Below are positions 50,951-64,000 of a stretch of DNA of 64,000 nt, piece after piece. The DNA comes from Epiperipatus broadwayi (Eukaryota; Animalia; Onychophora). The stretch covers positions 30,380,001 to 30,444,000 of the forward strand of contig JAQFVV010000002.1 of NCBI GenBank assembly GCA_028023455.1, written 5' to 3'. Position numbers and translations under genes: made by a program. A model generated the notes under the pieces. It saw only the letters and a list, made by a program, of their open reading frames with translations, searched no databases and was not told where the DNA came from. Positions within the stretch are counted from its first letter, which is position 1. The number at the start of each line of letters is the position of its first letter.

Positions 50951-52606
50951 TAAATAGTAACTAAGAATTAAAAGTAAAAAAAAAAAAAGAATATCTCTCT
51001 GATTTCCTGTATATAACAAAATATTTTAAAAATACTTAAAAATCAGTCAAATAACCCAATAATCCATGGTTAATAAAGGCTAATTTTGACCCTATTTAAT
51101 TTTTTCATTGACAACTCTCAAATTATTAAAAAATCGTTATGTGTTTACAGCTATTATCAATTATCCGAGAAATTAGTGCAATATTTATTTACTTAGTAGT
51201 TAATCAAACAAGCATTTAACCAATTGGTTCCAAAATAAAATTTACTCTGCAACTATACTTCTCCATTCTATTTCAAGTCGCAGACCCTATAATATTTTAT
51301 CACTTCATCCCTAACAACCGGTTATCTAACTTCTCTAATTTATTTATCAGCCTAACATTCAATTCCTACATTATTCTTTAAACCTACTAGTCTTAGATAC
51401 TTAGTGATAATTATATTGATGTTTATAACAGCATTAAATTTATTTCCCTTATTTAATAATATAAGCACAACAGTTCGTGCAATTGACCAAACTAAGATTT
51501 TATTTTAACTTTTGTACGATTCTTGACTCATACGTAATTCATTCCCTTGCATAAGTTCAAATTTTATAAATCCGATTTCCTTTGACATTCCTATTATTAT
51601 ATTTAAAAAAACATTTGGAATTTTCATATTATCACTTAGGAAGTGAAAATCTTTAAATAAGTTAATACGTGTTATTACAAACAAAATATGGAAGAAATAA
51701 TTATTCACATTTCCGCATTCTAAATTCATTTGTCGTAATAAGCTTATAATATCTGACATGACCAGAGTTGACCATTGCCTACAATATTTCAAAATATTAC
51801 GAAGATAAAGTAAAAACAGCGTTTAAATAGGTCACTCAAGCCAAAGTCTTATCAAACAACCCTCCAAAGAAGAATAGTAAAGAAAAAATGAATAAATACA
51901 GACTCTCCGACTGCCAGATGAAAAAAGATTTCAGTTATTTCCATCCTTAATTTTAGATTGATTAGATATCTATTTGCTTATCAATAAGCTATGAGACAGT
52001 TAATTAAAAAAAAAAAATTCTGAACCATGTCTAAAAAAATTCCAAGTTTTTCCCCGTGAAAATTCAAATTCAAGTCATGAGCATAGTAGTTGGATATGAA
52101 AAGCATTACGTCACAAGATCCTCCTGCATACATATATATAAATTTATTATTTAACTATTAAATTAATACAAAAATATTGTTAAAGTGTAATTCAAAAAAA
52201 AATAAAAAAGATTTTCAATATTTAAATTTCTTCGGAGTCACAAGGCAAACTGGAGATATTAAATATGCTAATAAATTTATATTTATTCTAATATATTCCT
52301 AACTGTGTAACAAAACTATTTATTTTCTTATCATAATTACTCCGAAACATTTCTTTGTTATTGTTTTTCTGAAGGTTTGTGATGATGGTGTTGAATGTTT
52401 TTAGAAAAGTTTAATTTTATTTAAATATTCCAAATGCATTCAACTGTTACTAATATCACAGCAAACAGATTATCACAGCAAACAACTGTTAGTAATATCA
52501 CAGCAAACAGGTTAGTATATGCACAACGTTCCTCGGAGCAAAAAGTGGAGAAATCAGGAGGAACCTCATAGATAAGTATATGAAATTACTACATACTGTT
52601 GCCTTT

Positions 52607-52890
52607 GGCAGGATGGCTCAGTTGGTTAGAGTGTTACCTTAAAATTCAATAATCAAGAATCTAAGGACCCAGGTTCGAATCCCATGCTAGTACTGTCACT
52701 GGTCAGGCCAGCAACACCTGAAGAAGAGGGGAGAAAAATACCTCTCGAAACGTTGTGCATATACTAACCTGTTTGCTGTGATATTACTAACAGTTGAAGG
52801 CATTTGGAATATTTAAATAAAATTAAACTTTTCTAAGAACATTCGACACACATATTAGATGATGGAAATAGTCCAATATAAAAATACAAA
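52607..52890 (+). mobile_element. tRNA-derived SINE with HHR/Penelope-like tail, copy 2
   Basis: A box TGGCTCAGTTGGTTAG and B box GGTTCGAATCCC, then CACCTGAAGAAGAGGGG-AGAAAAATA-CCTCTCGAAACGTTGTG and an A-rich end. Confidence 0.85.
52715..52757 (+). ncRNA. Minimal HHR motif in the SINE tail (foldable only as a dimer)
   Basis: CAC-CUGAAGA-A-GAGGGG(AGAAAAAUA)CCUCUC-GAAAC-GUU^GUG, with a 3-bp stem I and a zero-loop palindromic ACGU stem III. Confidence 0.5.
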
Positions 52891-54074
52891 TTTTTTTGTT
52901 AAATTGTCAAGGTTTTAGTCTTGCAATAAAATAAATATGTCTGACTACAATAGCAAATCTATGCAAAACTACAAAAGTTAGTATGAAGATGTAAATTAAA
53001 TCTTTAATCACCAAAAATCATTGCTTGGTCATAGTATCTTACTACATAGAAATCTCAACTTGTTTTTAGGCAGGGAACTTAATGTATATATAAACAAATA
53101 TAACAAATAACAAAAATCATATGCAACCGTTAATATAAATATATATTAATCATACATAAAAATCCTTTTTCGGCACAATTTAGTGTCCTTTTCAAATGTC
53201 AATCTATTATAGTGTTAACCAGGGATGAAGTGTTCATTTATTGAACGGAATGAGTGCTTCCGTAGAAAAATTCACTAAAACTTTCAAAAACTTTAATTCA
53301 AATTCGATTTAAAAAATTCACTTCAACAGCTGAATTGTTTTTATATACTTAGAAAGGAAATGGAATGACCTCGACGAACTCATTCTCGCTGATTATAAGA
53401 AATTGAAACAATGCAAAGATCTAATTTACAGTTAAAACATTTACGAATGTTAAAAGGATTTGGAAGATAAAAATATATTGATAAATATATTTTCTGATTT
53501 ACAGATAAGAGTTTCAGATTTTTCTACATGTGTGTAATATATATATATATTAGGTGCTATTACGTAAAATTTGTTGTGGCAAGTGAAATAAAAACCATTA
53601 TAAAAAAAAAAAAAGTGCTTCCATTCCTAAAAAAGTCATGCTTCGTCACTATATATATATACAATAACAACTAGTGTTCCACAATGGAAAATAAAAAAAA
53701 TAAAATATTAATATAAGAGAATAAAACCTTCATATAAATCCAATATATCTTTAAAAAATTGGCCATATAATATAACAATATACAAAACAAATTATGTATC
53801 ATACAACTTTATATTGTAACCAGACAAGAACCAATCTCTCTCTTCGTTGGTTTTATTTCCTGATGAGCATATTGCAGGAAGGAACTATCGATTGGCATTC
53901 CCCAATGCAGATGTCATCCCACCTACAACAATATTTCCTGTTTATCAGAGGATGTAGCACCATAGAGACTGGAAGCATCTAAAAATTTATGTGTTTGGTT
54001 TCCCAAATGGCATCACTAGAGTTCCACCTCACTACAACCTTACTTACCATCATCTGGTTATGCCGAACATAGCT

Positions 54075-54248
54075 CAGTTCAATTATGAGAAGTCATTATC
54101 AAGTCCTTCTAATATAGTTCATTATTTGTATCCATGTGAAAACTCATTTTCAGTTCAATTATGATAAGAAGTCATTAGCAAGTCCTTCTAATATAGTTCA
54201 TTATTCGTATCCATGTGGAAACTCATTTTCAGTTCAATTATGAGAAGA
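54075..54248. repeat. Tandem repeat, 76-79-bp unit, ~2.2 copies
   Basis: cagttcaattatga starts at 54075, 54151 and 54230. Confidence 0.85.
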
Positions 54249-54348
54249 AATCTACAAAGCCTTTCAAATAAGTATACATATACAATTAATGCATGAATGT
54301 TTTTAATTATTTGTTCCAGGTCTGTATGTCCTTTTAGATAGGTAAATG

Positions 54349-54873
54349 GGTAATATCAGCAGTTCCAGGTTTGTGGAGCATTTCATTTTATTATTTTTAA
54401 GAATCATTACAGGTAGGCTAGCAGGTAATATCAGCAATTCCAGGTTTGTGGAGCATTTACGTTTTATTACTTTATTAAGATATAGCTAACATGCATATAA
54501 GTATTTATGATTCATATAGCATTTTATTATTTTTTAAGAATTATTGCAGGTAGATAAGCAGGTAATATCAGCAATTCCAGGTTTGTGGAGCATTTATAAT
54601 CCAATCAAGTATAGGTGTATATTTATACACATACGTTTTATTATTTTATCAAGATATAGCTGACATGCATGTATAATTCATATAGCATTTTATTATTTTT
54701 AAGAATCATTACAGGTAGGCAAGCAGGTAATATCAGCAATTCCAGGTTTGTGGAGCATTTATAATCCAATCAAGTATAGGTGTATATTTATACACATACG
54801 TTTTATTATTTTATTAAGATATAGATAACACGCATATAAGTATTTATGATTCATATAGCATTTTATTATTTTT
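54349..54873. repeat. Modular tandem repeat with unequal units (75, 137, 165 bp, plus a partial unit)
   Basis: ggtaatatcagca.ttccaggtttgtggagcattt starts at 54349, 54424, 54561 and 54726. Confidence 0.85.
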
Positions 54874-57617
54874 ACCATAATCTTTGATTGACATTTCCAT
54901 TTAGCTGGTTCATTTAAAATAATTATTACAATTATTATTAGAAGTATTTCTATTATTTGAATGTATCTTATATTTTATGAAATAATTGGCATTTACTAAT
55001 GAAATATATAACACATATATATGTGTGTGAGTATTTTTAATTAAATAATAACGATTTTAATTTCTTGTTTTCATTTTTAAATAAAGATAAAAAAAAACTA
55101 TCATCAACTTTTGACTTAGGTTAATAATTGAGATTGTGAAAACTTTTCTTAAGACTAATAATATAACATTTTCTCTGTTTTATAAAAATTAATAGCTATA
55201 ATTTTAATTCATATTTTATTGTAATTGAATCATTTCTAATTGCTTATCTCTAAATTTCATGTCTTCATTTATTACTGCATTACTAAATAACTGGGGTCTG
55301 TCTTGAATGGCACATTAAAACTTCTAGGCAAGGCTTGGAGTTCACATAATTTGCAGATGGAGGACAAGCAGTCTCTAGCCGACGGTTATATTAGGATTTT
55401 TCATTAGGCTGTTTGATGGTTCCATTAAGTCACTTTTTCAGTAGTCTTGTAGCTAAATCTTGTATCTCTGAATCAATTAACTATAATAATAATAATCTTC
55501 CACTGATTTTCCACAATATTTATATTTTTTCTCTCTGACAAACAGATTCACCTTACATGCCTGCTGAATTCAATTGGTTTTGGTGTGTTTTCATCCATGT
55601 TCGCGTTTTTTAATCCCCCAGATCATTGGACAGTTTCTCTTTGGCGGGAACAGACTTTTAATCAGTGACTATTTTCGATTATCTGCCTTCATGTGTTTTC
55701 GAATCTTAATTTTTTATTGCCTGCGGCATGGTGATTTGACACCTACAGCCATTCTGTCTTAAAAGTTTTCTTCAATCTGAGTTTTAATGCTTGAAAATTT
55801 TTTATTTAATTGATTTTTAACTTGAATTTATTAACTTAAAAAAGAAAGATTTATACTTTCTTTAATTGCAAATATAAACATATTTGCTTTTTTTTTTTCA
55901 TTTTAAAAAGTTTGATTTGCTTTTAATTTGACCAAATCGTTATGAAATAACAAATTCTCATTTTAATTGTGGTCAAATTTCATTACTACTTCTTTTTCTT
56001 TAAAATATTTAGTTTTCCTTAAAATGTTATTAGTCTTTTTTTAAAAAAATATTACTAGTCTGACTTAAAATATTATTAGTCTTTTTAATTGGGGGGAGAT
56101 CTTTCTAAACATATACATGAAACAGTGTGTCTGTTTCAATATATATATTGTCTTATATCATTTTTCATTCATTTCCAATTGACCAGTTGTTAATTAAATG
56201 TATTGGCTCTATATAAAGGTTTTATTCTATTATACTAATATTTTATTATTATTATTATTATTATTATCTTACTTCTCATATGGAACACTAGGTTGCATAC
56301 ATATAATAGATTAACATTTGAAAAAAGCACCAAACTATGTGCTGAAAGACTTATTTATCTTAATTTATATTTACATTAGCTGTATATGATTTTTATTATT
56401 TGTTGATTGGATTTCATTATTTCTATTTTTTGATGATAAACGAATATAAATAACAATTACAGTAAAAACACAACCAATAAATAAATTGGATAAATTTTAT
56501 AATATATATTCATTTATCTTTTCAATGTTTACTTATCAACGAATGACCGCAAAAAGATGTATAAACATTCAATAATTCTGCTTTAATGATACTGTTATAA
56601 GCATTTATAAAACTGAATATAGTAATTAAAAATATTCATTACAAAATCTAATTAGTATAATAACAAAACAATTATTTAAAACTTTTTTCATTTTTTTTTT
56701 TTCAAAATTATTAATAACTAACATAGCATATGAGTATAAAATAGGTTCTATTTTAATTTGTGTTTTAGTTCTCAAAAGGTAACAACAAAGATAATTACTT
56801 ATAATGCAACTTAAAAAAAAAATATTAGTAATTACCGAATTACTAAAATCTTACACACCCACAAAAAAAAAAAAAACAACTTAATTTTTTCGTAAGTTGT
56901 TTTAAAATTTACAAGTCTAAAAAAATAAAATTGAAAAATTCTATTTTCAGTAAGAAAAAGGATAAATGTTCAAAAATTGAAAATTTCTGTTTATTAACGA
57001 ATAGTAATTTATCAATTTTTGTAGATATGAATAATCAAAATGAAGAAATGCATGTATAGTTCAATCGTTAGATGAAAATGGCAGTGTTTTTGTATTCAGA
57101 AAGATGTATACATACTCTTGCACAAAGATAAACAAATACAATTTGTGTGCGTATATGTAAATTATCATAATATATTATTCGTATTTTATAAACTTAAAAA
57201 GTAAAGTTTAAAAAAATGTTATTCACTAATCTTTAATAATAAATAATCACAATCTTTTTAAATATCTGTAATTGAAAAGCGGAAGTTATGATTATTTATT
57301 ACAATTACTAAACTTTAATTTTATGTTCAGTTGTTAAAAGTACAACTCCTTCATCTTGTGAATATATTAATAGTGATTGAAAAACATTTAGTGTGCACGT
57401 AAATTAGAACAGTAAGACAGTATTCACCCTATAATTTAAGAACCAAGTCAAAAACTAAGCTTACATAACAACAGAGCCTAAAGATAGAATGCTATCATTT
57501 TATCATTTCATTGTTTTTTGATGCCACATAACTCAGTGGGAGGTATTACTTCCGCTTTTCAATTTTATTATATTCAAAAGCATAAAATTTAAAAGCCCAT
57601 ATGATTAAATGACTTAC

Positions 57618-57717
57618 TTTTTCCCATTCTCCGTCCATAACATACGATCGAAATTTTGCTGCAGCAGGATGCTCTAAAGAACAACCAGATTCTTGCATTA
57701 ATTGTTCGGCAGTATGA
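57618..57717 (-). CDS. WDR26: WDR26 internal coding exon (end of LisH into CTLH region), 100 bp
   Basis: The minus strand reads ttttcttttccgcag|T CAT ACT...GAA AAA|gtaagt and translates to HTAEQLMQESGCSLEHPAAAKFRSYVMDGEWEK. I recognise this as orthologous to human WDR26 [33 protein letters not shown]. Splice sites are canonical and the exon ends in phase 0. Confidence 0.93.
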
Positions 57718-59860
57718 CTGCGGAAAAGAAAATAGACATCCTATTAAAAAGAGGCTTGCAATTAAAAAATTAATTTAGATAAAAAAATATTTAAACAATT
57801 TTATATTTTAATATAATTATATAACTTTATATATATAATTTATATAAATACTCCTAAAATGTCTGTATTTCTTAAATATATATATATTCTTTCAAATTCC
57901 AACAATTTTAAATTATTAGCATGTGATAGTCATTAATTACTTAATAATACAAATGGTTTTTTAAAGGAAAATGATTAATTTTTTGCTTTGCCTATGTATT
58001 AGAGAATGATTAAAAAGTGTATTATTTATACGATAATTAGAATTCAAAATTAAAACTCTCAAACCAATATAACACTCAATATAGTTGTAAACGCCGTTAA
58101 AATCTGCCGTTAAGTTTTTTGGTCTTTCCTGATTAACAAATTTGCTAAATTAAGTAAATCAGTGTTTCAATATTGTATCTTTTACTTTATTAATATAAAC
58201 CACCCATGTTTTTAATGTACTGTTATATGTTGCTGAATATCTTATTACATACAATTTTGGATATATATTTAAACGTTGTATAAATTAAGTTTATTTTTAA
58301 TAACGATATGAAATTGTAGAAAATGTGATACCTTTATACAGAAATAATGCAAAAAATTTATTGAACAGACTCCCATCCCCCAGCTTTACTAAAATAAATA
58401 TCACTATTACTATTAAGTGAAACACATAAATTTATAAATTTGCATAACATCTACTGTATTGTTATTTAAAACTCGCCACGAATTTTAGCTGCTGATTTTA
58501 AGTGCTAGGAATTTGACAGATTAAGCTGAAAGCATGCTCAACTACATATTGAAATTTTAAAACAAAATTAACTTTTCTTTAAAAGTGGATAAAACGCTCA
58601 CGATAGAATTACTAAGAAGTATTTTTATATTATAGTAATATATATATATAAATTGATTTTTTTTTCTGTCTTTTCATTTAAAATGTAAATTGGCTTATTT
58701 TGGCGATTTGCTTTTTTTAAAAATACCATTGCGTGAGAAATTCTGTTTGCTTGTTTGGTATAAATTTGGAAACCAAAAATTAATAGTTATATCATATGGA
58801 TTTCCATCAAATTTTGTATGTTATAAATCGATGATAATATAAAATGGCAGTGAAATATTTCAAGGTAGTGCCCTCATTTGTTCATTGTTGATGTGTTGGT
58901 GGATCTAATTCTCTACATAATATCAATTCAATAAGTTTTCAGTAATACATACGATAGAGCAGTACATATATATTTTAAAAAACTTTAGATTGAAAAGTGT
59001 TAAAGATCCATTAAAATAAAATCTTGTCTGTAAAAGCTGGGCTTTTTAGACCCTTGTTTCGTAAACGATATTGTAATTGATTTTTAATGCGCATAAATTA
59101 GTTTATAATCTCCATTTTAAATTTTGAATTGGAATAATTACAAAAAATATTCGAATAAAGAAACAAAATATTGGATTTTTTTTTTTTAATAAAGTTAACT
59201 TTATTAATAGCAAATTATATATTAATATTAACGTATGTATAAAAGAATAAATTTAAATTAAATAGCATTTACTACGCAACATAACAAAACACAGGCAAAC
59301 AATTAATTTCCAAGCAGATGAAAAATGATTCAAATTTGGAGAAAGTAATATCTTCTGTAGGTGGATGAGTACTTTGTTCGCAATTTAATTACATTGTATA
59401 TAATTGCAATGCGTAAATTTAATGTTGAAAATCTACAACTCAGAAAAATATTACATTACCAAATTTTGTTTATAGTTTTTGTAATAGAATTTAAGAGCAT
59501 TTAAATATATATTAAACCACTCTTTATCATTTTTTGCTGGAAAGCCATGTGATTCAAGGAATCAATTTTTAATATGTGATTTTCTTTCAAGTATTAAACA
59601 AACTACGACATTGCGATAATTCTTTATTTTAATTAAAATTGAAATAATTACATTCTAATACCAATAGAAAAATAAAACATGCTTTCATACCCATTAAAAT
59701 TTTCTATTTATAGATATTTATTGAGATGTATTTTTTCTCTAATTATATTTCCAGATATACATATTTATTACTGTATTACTTTGAATTTAAACTGCATTTT
59801 TTATTCAAATTTTGAAGATGTAAACTTAGGGTGCAATTTAAATTCAAAGCAAAAATTTTA

Positions 59861-60180
59861 ACATCTTATTTCTGCCATTCTCGCATTCCCCAACCCTCGT
59901 GTCTTTAACTTTATGCTTTACACATGCACGCAGTATTACGATCGTTGATAGTAGTTTATTCGTGATTCCCCATTCATACTTTTCTGAGTTAATTCAATTG
60001 CTGTTTAAATAGCAAAATCATGTCATACTGGCAATATTTTAATTTTTTTTTACTATCCATACTAATTCGAAGCGAATATTTTAACATTTTATTTCTGCCA
60101 ATCTCACATTCTCCAACAATTGTCTATGTTTTATGCCCTATGCAGTATTATGACTGTTGATATCAGCTGTATAGAGTCAT
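59861..60180. repeat. Diverged tandem duplication (~220-bp period)
   Basis: ttatttctgcca.tctc.cattc.ccaac...tgcagtatta.ga..gttgata occurs near 59865 and again near 60090. Confidence 0.5.
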
Positions 60181-61129
60181 ATGATATCTGGACGTATTTT
60201 AATTTTGAAATTTCTTTATTATCCATACTCATTAATGGTGGGAAAACAGTCCACATATGATGTTGAATTTAAAAGAAAAGATATTAGTTCCTATTTATGT
60301 AAATAAAAATGTTTCATATTTTTCAAATCCTTAACTATTACAAAATCATTTTTTGAGTTTTTTCCAAGCTTAAAATCCTCCTGAGGCTAAATTCAGGGCG
60401 GCTTCTATTCAAAGTGATGCAGTAATATATTTACTTTACTGTGATTATTATTTTTCCAAAAGCTGTTATGTCCTGAGCTTATTTAATTTAATAGTAGTCA
60501 GGCAGCGACTATATAAATATTTGTTTAACAAAGTAAAAAGTATAAAAAATTGATAGACCATTTAAATCAAATAAGTCTCTATAATCTATCCTCGAATGAT
60601 GTTTAATTTTTCATGCGCAAAGAGTAAAATTAAATACACATTTGTAAGTCCAATTTCTGTCTCTTTAAACCAAAACGTACTTTAATTAGATAAATATAGC
60701 ATTTTAGAAGCAACAAATTTCTAGCATTCAAACAATGCGCTTAACTCTATATAGGTTCTCCTTTGCGGGCTTGCCTAGCACACACCATTTAGGCATTTTA
60801 TTAGCCTAAATACAGTTACTAACTTCTCACTATAATCAGATTAATCCATAGTTACTTATTACTTTATCAATATATTTTTACAAGACAGTAAGTACATACC
60901 ATGTTAAACTGCAAGTTTGTTTTCTTTTTACCATTCATGTGATTGCATGAAAATGATTTATTTACATACAAATTCTATTCAATTTGATTTGCAATCTTAG
61001 CAGGTACATAAGTAGATTTTTCTAGAGTAGTTAAATGAAAAATAATTAAATACTGAAATAATCTGTATGTATTTACAAAACAATAGATAATTTTTATTTA
61101 CAATATATATCTTATATGCACAGAAATTC

Positions 61130-64000
61130 AATTCTCCCCCCTACTCTAGAAATCCTAGCCCCAATGACATACAATAGGCGTGGAGTTTGGGAAAAGATCT
61201 TTCTTCTTCCTCCATTGGAATAGTTGTATTGTTCTTCATCATTTAAAAGATCCTCCTTTTGATCATTTGACTGTTCTTGATCATTGTCATTTCTCCAATC
61301 AACTGACAAAGTATTTTTTTTTCCTGCTTAAACATCCAGTGATGGGTCATTAAAACAAGAACATAGGTGATTTATATGTTTTCTCATTTCCCTTTTTACC
61401 AGTCACTACCAGTCATAACTGTTTTGATAAAGTCCTCAATATTCCACCTGCCATCCATTTTCTTTTGAGAATATTGTGCATCCGTACACTTTCTCCAATT
61501 TTGAATCTTTCATATTCAAAATAAATAAATAGCACAAAAACTCGTCAGATAATAAAAATTATTCTTCATGTATAAATTGTGATAAACAGAGTAGCAAAAA
61601 TTCAAAAAACATTAACTACTAAAACTATTTTGCCAAGAGTTTTCGGTACTGTGTACAAGAATCATGGCAACATATTGAAACTGAATGGTTAATATTCCAC
61701 TGAGCATGTTTATACATGAAAGATAATATTTCAAAACTATTATTTTTTTCCATAGTGACTGGTAATAACGTACCGAGATGAAATACAAAACAGATGACAC
61801 ATTAATATCTCTGCTGAAGTGTTATTAGTTGCTGTAGTGGAAGTAAAATATTGACTAAACATAGAGTCAACTAAGAGTTCTGGTATATCCTTAAACCCAA
61901 CTTTTTTCAATATACACTTTAGATGTTGAACTGGTTTCTCTGCAATTTCCATTACTCTTAGGATGATAAGGTGGAATAAGAATATGCTTTATCCCTTTAT
62001 CCTGTAAGTAGTCCATGAATTTCTGTGAAATGAAGCCAGTTCCATTAACCATTACTATTATCTTCAGATAACCATATGTAGAAAAAATTTCCTTCCAGCA
62101 CTTTTATGAAAGATTCCACACTTGTGTTTTTCACTATTCTATATTCTGTCCAAAGAGGGAATGAATCAGCTAATATTAAAATTATATATCCATGTTACGT
62201 TCTGTATGATCTAAATGGAGATGTTTTGAAGGGATTGTGAATTTAATCCAAGTTTCAAGATGTTTAGGTGGCAATTTGCTGACAATCTGTACATTTTTTC
62301 ATCATCTGTTTGTCATCATGTCAGATGTATCCACCAAATGTATGATCGAGACAAATGTTCATAAATATGATTCCAGGATAACCTTAATGACGAAGATCTA
62401 ACAAGTGCTGCCTACCTTTAGATGGAAAGAATATGCCATATATCATTAGAATACTTCCACGGAAAACTGAAAGGGTATATCGCATGTTCCACATAAGTTC
62501 TACAATTTCCAAAGGATGTTTTAAATTAGCCATATTTTATCCATTTGGATATATCACTTGTCCTGTCTAGTTCATTCAGCTATAACTGAACTATTAAGTG
62601 CCATGAAATTTAATATAATTATATATTTGATTTCACTAATGCCATATTCTTTTGTTATTAGGTAGCTATGATACAGCATCAGAAAATCCCATTTATCTTT
62701 CCATCTTACAAACTAATTCATAATTATAGCACAGCAAAATCATAACATGCATTGGTTTACATGTTCAAGAATTTTTTCCCGGTATCAAATATTCCTATTT
62801 TAGTGATGATTTGTGTAGATTTGGAATTTTTGTTCATAGGTATATTGATGGGATTTCTTAATGGCAAAAATAACTGCTAAGATTTCTTAATCAATCTACC
62901 TGTAATTTTTTTTCCGCCTGACTCTTGAGACTGGCTATCAGACATTCACCTCCATAACACTGAATGGAAATGACAGCTCCAACACCATATTCTGATGCAT
63001 CAGTCGTAATAATAACATATGGATCACTGTAGTTAGTGTACCAACAATTTATTATGATGTTAAAAGATCTTTGGCTTCTTGAAGAGCTAAATCCTGTTAA
63101 CTAGTCTATGTCCAACATTGTTGATACAGAGTGATAACAGATGTTACTATGCTTTTAAAAAGCTTTTATAGAAGTACAATAATCCTTGAAAAGCTTATAA
63201 TTCTTTTACATTTTTTGGTCCCTCAATATTTTTTAATATATTTATTTTGTCTGAATTAGGATATTTATTATTTACATTATGTCTGGGAAACTTTATTTCC
63301 TTAATAGACCAAAAATGCATTTTTCAATATTTATATTAGCTTTTACTTTTTCCAACCTTGAGCAGATTATATCTGCACTTTTCTAACTCTGGCCGTCTTA
63401 GCAATGACCAAGACATCATCCAAATAGGGGATAATGATATCCAGAGATTTAAAAAGTATCCACTTTTATCTGAAAAATATTCAGCAATACTGTAATACCA
63501 TATAACAATTTATTGCACTTATACAGACTCCTATGCTTTATTAATGTTAACATTTCCACTGTTTTTTCAGTCACAGGAATCTGGTGGAATGCAGTGTTAA
63601 GACTTATCTTTGAGAAAAAAGCAGCTTTTTGTAACACTGCTAGTAGTTTGCATACATTCGGAACAAGAACTTTTATTGATATATTTAATGTGAATCAATA
63701 ATCTTTGCACAATCTTAGATTTCTATCTGGTTTCATTATAGTAACTACAGGACAAATCTTCTGTCAGCATTAAGATTTCCTCAGAAACCATTTTATTGAA
63801 TGTTTTCTCAAATTTCTCTTATTGAGTGTTTTCTTGAATTTCTCTTTCAAGGCAAATGGAACCCTTCCAGATTTACAAATATTAGCTTGCACATCTTTAA
63901 TTCCATGTTGACTGATCATGTTCTTAGATCTGCCGATTCAGACTTGAACATCCGCAATGGAGTTTGACACGGATTCCTAAAGTTGCAAACCAGTTCCTCC
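61130..64000 (-). mobile_element. Decayed Ty3/gypsy pol (RT-RNaseH-integrase), running off the window end
   Basis: YLDD at 63415-63426; FSKISLNTAFHQIP; RNaseH TTDASEYGVGAVI (~62993); integrase HLHLDH, VNGTGFIS and PPYHPKSNG (~61950); purine tract agagtagggggagaa near 61132-61147. Many stops and frameshifts. Confidence 0.9.

Larger units (their letters stand above)
12835..57617 (-). other. WDR26: 44,783-bp WDR26 intron, TE-filled
   Basis: GT...AG interval between two exons whose peptides are contiguous in the orthologue. I found no intervening WDR26-like exon by eye. Confidence 0.8.

Noticed and set aside
52607-52685. Functional tRNA gene
   Set aside because: There is no acceptor-stem closure, the anticodon loop is oversized, and it continues into a shared 200-bp tail in two dispersed copies, so it is a SINE.
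12168-52757. Strand bias suggesting selection against active ribozymes on the WDR26 sense strand
   Set aside because: My tally is about 1 of 8 plausible-intact copies on the sense strand versus about 2 of 7 on the antisense strand. That is too few, and not different enough, to claim a bias.
53855-53890. CTGATGA-GCA-TAT-TGC hammerhead candidate
   Set aside because: It is followed by AGGAAG rather than GAAA, and there is no stem III or stem I.
53794-53990. Candidate further WDR26 exon (MLPVSMVLHP, superficially like YLPPSVMLPP)
   Set aside because: The similarity stops after a few residues, the order is wrong relative to the exon at 12778, and there is no good donor.
54349-54873. Repeated CAG|GT motifs as recursive splice sites
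   Set aside because: They are on the plus strand, whereas the host gene is on the minus strand.
58486-58545. GAAAG-CAUG-CUC motif (also reverse-complemented at ~47612-47635)
   Set aside because: Only the 3' half of an HHR is present; the CUGANGA core or stem II is missing or unrecognisable. At most a very old remnant.
60365-60560. pogo-like MITE fragment (cagggcggcttctattcaa)
   Set aside because: Only a subterminal-like motif is seen, with no TIR pair or TSD.
60902-61130. 3' LTR of the gypsy element
   Set aside because: A PPT-like tract precedes it and it ends ...TTAACA, but the 5' LTR is outside the window, so the boundaries cannot be supported.

Overview
Very AT-rich animal genomic DNA (probably an arthropod; this is inference). 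The only host gene I can support is WDR26 on the minus strand, with two short coding exons (57618-57717 and 12778-12834) separated by a 44,783-bp intron. Everything else is intronic and filled with transposon debris: RTE and RTEX LINE fragments, two ~2-kb solo-LTR-like insertions, a decayed Ty3/gypsy pol, and mariner, pogo-like and hAT elements, some nested three deep. The most striking unexplained signal is a dense population of type I hammerhead ribozyme (HHR) motifs carried by at least four dissimilar, non-coding repeat families, here labelled A, B, C and a tRNA-headed SINE. One family B copy folds into a complete canonical HHR (19617-19675, +). A second keeps the full core on the WDR26 pre-mRNA strand (24376-24434, -). 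These families repeatedly occur as centre-out palindromic doublets. All ribozyme calls come from manual folding and have not been tested computationally or biochemically. Most ORFs in the six-frame track are spurious or TE-derived.
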